Positions 8,094 to 15,408 of a DNA stretch of 64,000 nt are shown here, in pieces; position 1 is the stretch's first letter; every line of letters starts with the position of its first letter. The translations under genes were made by a program, and so were the position numbers. The notes under the pieces were generated by a model that was given only the letters and a program-made list of their open reading frames with translations, made no database searches and had not been told where the DNA came from. This DNA is from Terriglobales bacterium (GTDB lineage Bacteria > Acidobacteriota > Terriglobia > Terriglobales > Acidobacteriaceae), in NCBI GenBank assembly GCA_049697355.1, contig JBAVVP010000163.1, positions 1,169 to 65,168 of the forward strand. Direction: 5' to 3'.

Positions 8094-8276
8094 ATGCTCT
8101 GTGCAGAGCTTGAGGAACTGGAAGCGGAATTCGATGACATTCTTACCGCGCTCGAGAATCCGTACCTGACCGAGCGGGAAAAACGCTCTCTGCAGGCCGC
8201 GTATTCCCGGCTCAGTCACACCATCAAGGATCACCAGAAGCATGGTCACGATGGTGGCCCCTGCTTTGAAGAATAG
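8094..8276 (+). CDS. Small hypothetical protein (60 aa)
   Basis: GGAGG lies 5 nt upstream of the ATG. Acidic helical N-half and His-rich tail (HQKHGHDGG). No family recognised. Confidence 0.4.
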   Translation: MLCAELEELEAEFDDILTALENPYLTEREKRSLQAAYSRLSHTIKDHQKHGHDGGPCFEE

Positions 8277-8343
8277 CGGACTCTCCACTCGCATGAGGAG
8301 CGCTCCTCGTGCTTAACACTTTCATGAACGTAAAGGAGAAGTT

Positions 8344-8835
8344 ATGACAACCGCGACTCTGAAAGCAACCAAGGTCTTCAGCTATCTCCGACCCGAGGAG
8401 ATCGATTTCCTCAGTAATTACGCCAGCACCGAACAATACAAAGCCGGCGCAATCGTCTACCGCAAAGGGCAGCCCGCCGCCCGTGCGTACGTTTTACTCG
8501 AAGGGGAAGTCGTACTCCGCGCTCCCACTCCAGCGGGTCACGGCATTGTCATCGAAGAAGTGGGTCCCGGTACGATGATCGGGGCGAGCGTGCTGTTGGG
8601 GGAAACCTATATGGTGACGGCCCAGTGTGTCACCGACTGCAAGATCATGACTCTCGGCAAAACGGCCCTGGAGCGGATCGTGGACGCCAATCCGCAAATG
8701 GGATTGGTCATTGAGAAGTACCTGGCTGAGCATTACTACCAGAGAAGTCTCGACCTCATGCACATGCTGGAAGGCCTGATACGGGGAGAGCCGCCGGAGG
8801 AGCTGAAGCGGGGAGGACCTCTGCCGATCGTGTGA
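8344..8835 (+). CDS. Cyclic-nucleotide-binding (CAP effector) domain protein without output domain
   Basis: 163 aa with AAAGGAGAAG RBS. cNMP-binding pattern (YKAGAIVYRKGQPAARAYVLLEGEVVL...GPGTMIGASVLLGE). No HTH follows. Confidence 0.75.
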   Translation: MTTATLKATKVFSYLRPEEIDFLSNYASTEQYKAGAIVYRKGQPAARAYVLLEGEVVLRAPTPAGHGIVIEEVGPGTMIGASVLLGETYMVTAQCVTDCKIMTLGKTALERIVDANPQMGLVIEKYLAEHYYQRSLDLMHMLEGLIRGEPPEELKRGGPLPIV

Positions 8836-8878
8836 GACCCATGGCGAGATCGGGGTCTATGATCGGATCGATGGTTTC

Positions 8879-10177
8879 TTAGACGCGATACCAATCTTCC
8901 CGCGTCAGCGGCAAACCACTGCTGCCTTGTCCTGGCTTAGCGAGGAGTGTCTGATACACGTTCAGTCGCTCCGTGCGGAATGCGTGAGCGGAGCCGGCCA
9001 TGTAGAGGCGCCATATCCGGTAAGTTGTATCATCCGAGATTCCACGTGCCTGCTCGGCATGGGCTTCCAGACGCCGGACCCAGCGGTGCAGCGTTAATTC
9101 ATAGTGCTCGCGCAAACTCTCCACGTCCCGGACCTCAAACCCGCTCAGTTCCGCCGCTCGAAGGGTGGTACTGATCGGGACCATCTCCCCATCGGGAAAG
9201 ACATAGCGGTCGCAGAAAGACGGGCCCTGCCGGTGGTAGGTGGCGCTATAAGCAATCCCATGGTTCAGAAATACTCCCCCCGGCCGCAATAGCTCGTACG
9301 CTCGGGCGAAGTACTCCGGCAGAAATACCTCTCCCACGTGCTCAAACATCCCCACACTGACAATCTTGTCGTATAGCTGACCATGCTCAAGGTCACGGTA
9401 ATCTGCAACCTCTACGCGACAGCGGTCATTCAACCCCAATTCGCGCAGCCGTTGTCGGGCTAGTTCCGCCTGCGGCGCACTCAGCGTGATTCCTACCGCT
9501 TCCACGCCATAGTGGGCAGCGGCGTGCATGATCAATCCACCCCAACCGCAACCAATGTCCAAAAGACGCTGACCACGGCAGAGCCGCAGTTTTCTGCAGA
9601 TGTAATCCAGCTTCCTCTCCTGCGCCGAATCCAGATCTTCTTCCGGTGTGGCGAAGTAAGCGCAGGAGTAAACCATGTGCCGATCGAGCCACAGCGCGTA
9701 GAACTCGGCCGGAAGATTGTAGTGATAGCTGACGGCTTGGCGGTCACGATCTCGAGAATGAAGGGATCCGCTGAAATTGGCTGGTCGCCGGTCCTTATGA
9801 GCGCGGTCGCTTACCGGCAACTTCTGCAGTCGTTTAGCAAGATCAAAAGTCTTCCGCGGGTTGCGTTCTTGCCCAAGCATGGAATCCGCCAACTGGAAGA
9901 TTGCTTCGATGTCGCCCTCGATGTCGAAGTCATCGTAGATGTACGCTTCTCCGAGCGTGAGTTCGCTGGGGCAGGAAAACATCGCACGCAAGGCTCCTGG
10001 ATGCTTGAGCACCAACGTGAAGCGCGGTTGCGGTACCGCTCCCCAGGTGGCGCCGTCCCACAGCCGAACCTGAAAATCCCGGTTCGGGTAGTCTTCCAGG
10101 AGCGCCTCCAGGAACTCGGCGCTCGCCACTGAAGCCGTTTCCCTGAATAGAAAGTTCGCCAACGCTGCCATGCGCAC
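8879..10177 (-). CDS. cfa: Cyclopropane-fatty-acyl-phospholipid synthase family SAM methyltransferase
   Basis: 432 aa. SAM-binding LLDIGCGWGG and a CFA-synthase-family C-terminus (YMAGSAHAFRTERLNVYQTLL). Confidence 0.85.
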   Translation of the reverse strand: MRMAALANFLFRETASVASAEFLEALLEDYPNRDFQVRLWDGATWGAVPQPRFTLVLKHPGALRAMFSCPSELTLGEAYIYDDFDIEGDIEAIFQLADSMLGQERNPRKTFDLAKRLQKLPVSDRAHKDRRPANFSGSLHSRDRDRQAVSYHYNLPAEFYALWLDRHMVYSCAYFATPEEDLDSAQERKLDYICRKLRLCRGQRLLDIGCGWGGLIMHAAAHYGVEAVGITLSAPQAELARQRLRELGLNDRCRVEVADYRDLEHGQLYDKIVSVGMFEHVGEVFLPEYFARAYELLRPGGVFLNHGIAYSATYHRQGPSFCDRYVFPDGEMVPISTTLRAAELSGFEVRDVESLREHYELTLHRWVRRLEAHAEQARGISDDTTYRIWRLYMAGSAHAFRTERLNVYQTLLAKPGQGSSGLPLTREDWYRV

Positions 10178-10299
10178 CTCCCGGCACTCAGGCAGTACTC
10201 TGCCTGCTCCAAAATCCAGCGCTCCTTATATCCAGCAGTCCAAAACGTCCGGAGGCCGATTTGGGCACGTCCGTCTCTCAGACACCTTGAATCCTCCAC

Positions 10300-10818
10300 T
10301 CAAGCGGCAGTTTCGATCTTGTTCTGGGCAGCTGTGGGGAGCTCAAATTTCAGCACTCCCCCCTGCCATTGGACGACTGCGCGCTCCGGTATCACCTCCG
10401 TTGCAAGGTCGACGACTTCCAGGATTTGGTCGGGAACCGCGCTAGTCCGCCCGATGGTTTCGTCCTTGGCTTTTGCCCCACTCGTCTTCTTCTCACCGAG
10501 GATCGAGATGCGACTCGGCTCGATGCTAACTTCAAGTTCGGTCTGCTCAAAGCCGGCGACGTTAGCGTAAACACTGACCCGGTCTTTGGATTCTGACAAG
10601 GAAACCGATACCGGACAGAGCAGCTCAGATTCCGCTCGGAACCAGTCTTCCCGATCGTGACCATGCTCCTGGCCACGAGCTTCGAACAACTCATGTGCAC
10701 GCTGCGAAATCGCAAGCTGCACTTTTTGCACCTTCCGTTGGAGGTCTGCAGGATTGGATGGTTTTAGCAACACCACGGGTCGATCCGACTCGAGTTTCGC
10801 TGCCCTTGGAGACTTCAT
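10300..10818 (-). CDS. DUF2934-like N-terminal region fused to an Hsp20/alpha-crystallin domain
   Basis: 172 aa with strong RBS GAAGGAGGG. RAHELFEARGQEHGHDREDWFRAESEL resembles DUF2934. VSVYANVAGFEQTELEVSIEPSRISILGEKK...GGVLKFELP resembles an alpha-crystallin domain. Confidence 0.7.
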   Translation of the reverse strand: MKSPRAAKLESDRPVVLLKPSNPADLQRKVQKVQLAISQRAHELFEARGQEHGHDREDWFRAESELLCPVSVSLSESKDRVSVYANVAGFEQTELEVSIEPSRISILGEKKTSGAKAKDETIGRTSAVPDQILEVVDLATEVIPERAVVQWQGGVLKFELPTAAQNKIETAA

Positions 10819-10824
10819 GGCACC

Positions 10825-10850
10825 CTCCTTCGAATGTTGCGGTGAAGGAG
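10825..10850 (-). promoter_or_regulatory. SD-sequestering hairpin in the 5' UTR of the Hsp20-like gene (candidate RNA thermometer)
   Basis: The minus-strand mRNA reads ...gaug-CUCCUUC-accgcaacauuc-GAAGGAG-GGugcc-AUG. A 7-bp perfect stem pairs the SD (plus-strand 10825-10831) with an upstream anti-SD (10844-10850), with a 12-nt loop. Confidence 0.35.
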
Positions 10851-11027
10851 CATCGCTCGGCCTTTTGTCGCGAGCGGCACAGGCTTGGGCGAGCCGTTAT
10901 GAACCCTCCTGTGCAGGGGCACAGGACACACTTCCACACTTTCCATTCTGGGCAGAGGTTGCCTCGTATGCCGTGACGCGTGTCACCCATGCATGTGTTC
11001 CGGCGCAAACCGGGGAACGATCCGTCC

Positions 11028-11159
11028 CTACTTCGCCGGCACAGTCAGAATCAACACGGCCAAGACGACCAAGACGAAGCCTGCAACAAGCACAAACAGG
11101 GTGTGGAATGGATAGGTGTGGAAATGGCTATCGCCTGATCTCCTGTGCTCTAACCTCAT
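11028..11159 (-). CDS. Tiny single-TM protein (43 aa), below ORF-track threshold
   Basis: ATG 11159 with GGGAGG 6 nt upstream. MRLEHRRSGDSHFHTYPFHTLFVLVAGFVLVVLAVLILTVPAK, with TAG at 11030-11028. One clear hydrophobic helix. Confidence 0.4.
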   Translation of the reverse strand: MRLEHRRSGDSHFHTYPFHTLFVLVAGFVLVVLAVLILTVPAK

Positions 11160-11309
11160 GACCGACCTCCCGCGACGGTTGGGTAGCGGACAATTTGCCG
11201 ATCTCTGGCTTGCACTTTCCTACATCGCCAATCGTCCCCTATCTTCCTTCATTACGCCGCCGTGTTCCGCTGGCCCGAAATCCAGCGCAACTCCACGGGC
11301 CAGCGATAC

Positions 11310-11534
11310 CTAGATTGCCCAGGTGTCGTCTCCGTAACTTGCCGACACATATTTGTTCTGGCATTCGGCAGAGCAGAAATGGACAGCATTCCGTTCACTG
11401 GCACGCTGCTCATCCCACTTCACGCGCAGGTTGATGGTGTATTTCATGGCTGGTTTTCTTGAGCCCTCGAAGCCCAGCAGCCAGCCTTTGGCATCACCCT
11501 TTCGCTTGCCGCAGGTTTTGCAAAAGAACTCCAT
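11310..11534 (-). CDS. Small Cys-motif protein (74 aa), FCS/TRASH-like zinc-finger pattern
   Basis: GAGG 6 nt upstream. FCKTCG ... HFCSAEC (CxxC plus FCSxxC). Confidence 0.5.
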   Translation of the reverse strand: MEFFCKTCGKRKGDAKGWLLGFEGSRKPAMKYTINLRVKWDEQRASERNAVHFCSAECQNKYVSASYGDDTWAI

Positions 11535-11655
11535 CGTGCGACCTCAGCTTTCCATAGACCTTGTCTCTTCCGGAAGTCACCTAAAGCTCTCCGAAATAGC
11601 CCATCAGCTCGATCTCGGACCCGCGACCATCGCGCGGGCCCAAACCCGCGCGTTG

Positions 11656-12786
11656 TCACGCAGCTTGGGGCCGCGGCTTTTCTTCCGGCGGCGTTTCAAT
11701 ATCCTCGATTTTCTGTACGCGATGCAGAAACACGTACGCGGCGAGCAAACTCAGCATCAACAGCGACAGAATCATGACGAAGAGCGCGAAACCAGCCACA
11801 TTTCGGATGGGACCCGTGATCTCACGTTCTTCCTGGCTGGCCACGACGATCCACGGAAGGTTGGGGAACGCGTCCTTCAATCCGGCGTCGGCGAACCCAA
11901 CGAGATATTTCTCGCCCTTGGAGAACGTCGTGAAAAGATATCCAGTTTCGCGACCCCGCAGGTTCCCGAGAGAGTCACGGATCGCGCTGTATTCCTCGGA
12001 GTGGATCTTCATCGATGGGGTTACGCCGTTTGCCTGGATCACGGTTCCATCCTCGCGCACCAGGAACAGTCGCCCACTACGTCCGATCTGCTGCCGGTTC
12101 AGTTGCGCAAACAGCGGCGAAACATCGAGCAGAGCAGTGACCGCGCCGATGAACCTGCCTGTGCTTTCCTGCAAAATGGGGTAAGCGATGCTTAGGTAGG
12201 GCAGTCGGTTCAGTTCGTCATAGCGCACATCGGCCACGTCGATCGCGCCGTGTCCTTGGGAATACAGCCTCCCCCAGTACCCGCGATCCGTCTGAAAGTA
12301 GCGGACGGGCTTATCCGTCGCTGCCACGGTGGCGCCGCTCGCATCTGCAACCGTTACTTTCAACAAGCTCGGGTTCAGCTCCCGCAGGCGACGCAGTTGG
12401 CGCGCCAAATCGGAGGTGAGGATGTTCTTCGCCAAGGCATCGCCTTCCGAGTTGTTCCATTTCTGTTCGGTGGCTTCGAGCTTGCTCATCACGGCGTCGT
12501 CGGAAAGGCGCTCGTATTGATGGTTCGCGGAAACAACTGCTTGAACGACACTGGGGTTGTTCGCGATCACGCTCACGTCCCGCACGTGCCCTGCGATGAA
12601 TTGGGAGGTGTGTTCAGCCGCACTGCGGGTCACGGAACGGACATTTTCGCCGGCCATCTGGCGAATCTGGCTGTCTCCCTGCAACGCGACATAGAAGCCG
12701 AACACGGTGAGCGGAACCAGGATCAGGATCAGACCGACAAGCACTCGTTGGAGAGAAGTACGTAGTTCCAGTGAATCGAGAGGCAT
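11656..12786 (-). CDS. Membrane protein with periplasmic Cache-like sensor domain and no output domain
   Basis: Track ORF 11656..12879; ATG 12786 has GGAGG upstream. TM1 is LILILVPLTVFGFYVAL, followed by a roughly 290-aa extracytoplasmic region with a Cache-like pattern. TM2 is FALFVMILSLLMLSLLAAYVF, followed by only about 25 aa. Confidence 0.7.
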   Translation of the reverse strand: MPLDSLELRTSLQRVLVGLILILVPLTVFGFYVALQGDSQIRQMAGENVRSVTRSAAEHTSQFIAGHVRDVSVIANNPSVVQAVVSANHQYERLSDDAVMSKLEATEQKWNNSEGDALAKNILTSDLARQLRRLRELNPSLLKVTVADASGATVAATDKPVRYFQTDRGYWGRLYSQGHGAIDVADVRYDELNRLPYLSIAYPILQESTGRFIGAVTALLDVSPLFAQLNRQQIGRSGRLFLVREDGTVIQANGVTPSMKIHSEEYSAIRDSLGNLRGRETGYLFTTFSKGEKYLVGFADAGLKDAFPNLPWIVVASQEEREITGPIRNVAGFALFVMILSLLMLSLLAAYVFLHRVQKIEDIETPPEEKPRPQAA

Positions 12787-13004
12787 GGGAACCTCCTCTA
12801 CGGCGCAATGGCCGTCGTGCTGGATCGTACCTGGATGGCACCTGCAACGCCTTAGAGAGCGGAAGAGACAAGTACCCATTTCAACAGTAGATCGCCCAAA
12901 AGATTCTGTCTGTGATTAAGCGCACAGGTTGATAGCGCTCCCATTCCAGCTTCCATCCCGGACTTCCGCGCGTAAAGTCTCGAGAAGCATAGAAGTTCTC
13001 CGAA

Positions 13005-13253
13005 CTAGGCTGCGCCATTCCGTGGTCCCCGCGCCGGCAAACCGGGCGCCAGGGCGGTAGACTCCCGCAACACCAGGCTGGTGTCCAGGGGATACTCCGT
13101 TCCATTCGGCGCGGGAGTCTTGCGTTCGACGTCCGACAGCAGGGCGTGGAACGCCAGCCGTGCCAATTCCGACTGCGACATCCGCACCGTGGTCAGCGGA
13201 GGCAACCCGAACTGCGCCAACCGGATGTCTCCGGATGTACCGCGCCTGGGAAT
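13005..13253 (-). pseudogene. C-terminal remnant of a LacI/GalR-family regulator
   Basis: I extended the frame of track ORF 13005..13220 up to the stop at 13254-13256. IPRRGTSGDIRLAQFGLPPLTTVRMSQSELARLAFHALLSDVE...LDTSLVLRESTA matches only the last ~75 aa of LacI-family proteins. No HTH or N-subdomain can fit, because the GH42 stop is at 13267. Confidence 0.5.
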
Positions 13254-13266
13254 TCACGGTGTGCGT

Positions 13267-15399
13267 TCATCGATCTGCCGGTGGTGTTGGCAGTCGTCCG
13301 CGGTTATCGAGAGCAACGGCGACTCCGTAGGGAGGCAGGTCGACAACGTACCCCTGTTTTCCGTCAAGGACAAGCTTCATCGAATGCGGCAGGCTCACTC
13401 GGCGGTTTTCCGGTGCGTAGTTGATGATAACAAAGACTTGCTTGCCCGGACCGACTCGACGGCTGACCTCTACGCCATCGGGCAGCGGGCCGAACACGGG
13501 CGTAACGCCGGCTTCTTTCGTCATCCATCCGGCGGCAGCCGCCATCAGCTTGTCGTCGAGCAGGGCGCCGACATAGGTGATTCGGCCCTGGCCATAAGTG
13601 CGAGTGACGACGGCAGGCTGATCGTCGAGCCATCCGTTACTCCTGCCGTACTTCAGAAGCACTTCCTCGCCGGGGGCCTGGCTCTTTAGTTGCTCAGCCC
13701 AGATGCTGGCTTCTCCGTTGCCCCAGGCGCCGGAGACAGGAACCTCTTTTTCGAGCGCGTAGTACTGATCGACGCACGCACCGAGGGCGTCAACCAGGAA
13801 CCCCGGCTGTCGTTGCGGCAACAGGGCGTTGAATTCATCTTTCAAGCCGGAGCGCGGACCGAGAACCAGATGTCCACCTTGCCGCACATATTCCAGCAGA
13901 TGATCAGCGAGATCCTTGGGCAGCACGGTCAGACTGGGTGCGGCGACGAGTTTGTAGCCACCGAGCGGAACGTAAGCGCTGACTACATCGACGGACTGCG
14001 AAATCTGCCGCAGCGCGCGGTAGTAACTCTTCAACAGGACGATGTCGTCATACTTCTCGGTGTGTTTCTGAAACTGAATCGCCCAGTGGCTGTCGTAGGA
14101 GTAAAGCAGCGCCACCTGCGATAGCGGCGCAGTGTCGCGAAAACTGCTTTCAACTTTTGTGAACTCTTGCGCCGTTCGGGCAGCTTCATCGTAGAAGGGC
14201 ACGGGAGTGCCGTCGGGGCCGATGAGCACGCCGTGAATCTCTTCCTGGCCGTTGAGCGCGCTGCGCCACTGCCAGTAGTTGACGCCGTCGGCGCCGTGGC
14301 CGATCGCCTGCCAGGCCATGGCACGGGCCTCTCCGCGATTTAAGAAGTTGTTTAGTGGAGACCAATTCACCGCGCCGGGTTGTGTCTCCATCACCCAGAA
14401 GTTCTGGCGCTTGAAGCCGCGGGTGAGATCGTGGGCGAGCCCGTTGTAGGCGGGGTCCACGTGTCCGGTGCCAACATAGTCGTCCCAGGAAGCAAAGGTA
14501 AGCGGTTCGGTGATCGGGTAGTGATCGAATCCATCGAAGAATCCCATGAGGTTGCCGGTAATGAACTGGCGCGGGTCGGCGTGCTGGCGGATGACGTTGA
14601 TCTGATTCTGCTGGTACGAGGCCCAGGTGTAAGTGACAAAGCGCCTCCACTCGAGCATCAGGCCGGGGTTGTGCTCGCCAACCGGAATCGGGATTTCCCT
14701 CCAGTTGTCGTAAGTCTGGCTCCAGTACGCGGTCGTCCAGTGCGTGTTCAGATTGTCGAGCGTTTTGTATTTCGCCTCCAGCCAATCCTGAAACTGCTGG
14801 CGCGTGACATCGTCGTAGGACATCAAGGCGTAGCCGTATTCGTTATCGATCTGCCATCCAACAACGTTGGGATTGTGGCCGAAGCGCATGGCCATCTGCT
14901 GGGCAATACGGCGGCAGATCTCCCGATAGCGCGGAGAGGTAGCCGACGCGTGCGCGCGGTTGCCGTGGGTTACACGTTGACCATTCGCTTCCACTCGCAA
15001 CGTGTCAGGATATTTCTGCGTTAGCCAAGCGGGCGGAGTCGCCGTCGGTGTCCCTAAAACAGAAACGATGTGATGCGTGGCGGCCAGGGAGATGGCGCGC
15101 TCCAGCCAGTCGAAGTCATAGTGGCCCTCCGAGGGTTCCATGCGGCTCCAGGCAAATTCGGCGATCCGGACCACTTTCAGGTTTGCCGCTTCCATCAGGC
15201 GCAGGTCTTCTTCCCAGCGCGAGTCGGGCCACTGCTCCGGATACCAGGCAACACCCATGAGAATCGCGTTCTGACCGGGAATCTGTGTGGGGATGGCGCT
15301 GGTTGCTTGCCCTGCCGGAGTTTTGCCGGATGCTTGCACGGAAAGCGCTAACACGAAGCAAGACAGAAGGTGCGAGAAAGAGGAAGTCGCCACAGACAC
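13267..15399 (-). CDS. GH42 beta-galactosidase
   Basis: 710 aa with a hydrophobic signal-like N-terminus. GVAWYPEQW, RIAEFAWSRMEP and GWQIDNEYG are typical of GH42. GTG start; 15393 is an alternative. Confidence 0.9.
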   Translation of the reverse strand: MSVATSSFSHLLSCFVLALSVQASGKTPAGQATSAIPTQIPGQNAILMGVAWYPEQWPDSRWEEDLRLMEAANLKVVRIAEFAWSRMEPSEGHYDFDWLERAISLAATHHIVSVLGTPTATPPAWLTQKYPDTLRVEANGQRVTHGNRAHASATSPRYREICRRIAQQMAMRFGHNPNVVGWQIDNEYGYALMSYDDVTRQQFQDWLEAKYKTLDNLNTHWTTAYWSQTYDNWREIPIPVGEHNPGLMLEWRRFVTYTWASYQQNQINVIRQHADPRQFITGNLMGFFDGFDHYPITEPLTFASWDDYVGTGHVDPAYNGLAHDLTRGFKRQNFWVMETQPGAVNWSPLNNFLNRGEARAMAWQAIGHGADGVNYWQWRSALNGQEEIHGVLIGPDGTPVPFYDEAARTAQEFTKVESSFRDTAPLSQVALLYSYDSHWAIQFQKHTEKYDDIVLLKSYYRALRQISQSVDVVSAYVPLGGYKLVAAPSLTVLPKDLADHLLEYVRQGGHLVLGPRSGLKDEFNALLPQRQPGFLVDALGACVDQYYALEKEVPVSGAWGNGEASIWAEQLKSQAPGEEVLLKYGRSNGWLDDQPAVVTRTYGQGRITYVGALLDDKLMAAAAGWMTKEAGVTPVFGPLPDGVEVSRRVGPGKQVFVIINYAPENRRVSLPHSMKLVLDGKQGYVVDLPPYGVAVALDNRGRLPTPPADR

Positions 15400-15408
15400 C
15401 TCGCTGAA

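Noticed and set aside
12881-13257. ORFs 12916..13257 (-) and 12881..13105 (-)
   Set aside because: They have no RBS or motif and a low-complexity composition. The only meaningful reading of this stretch is the LacI C-terminal stub in the third frame.
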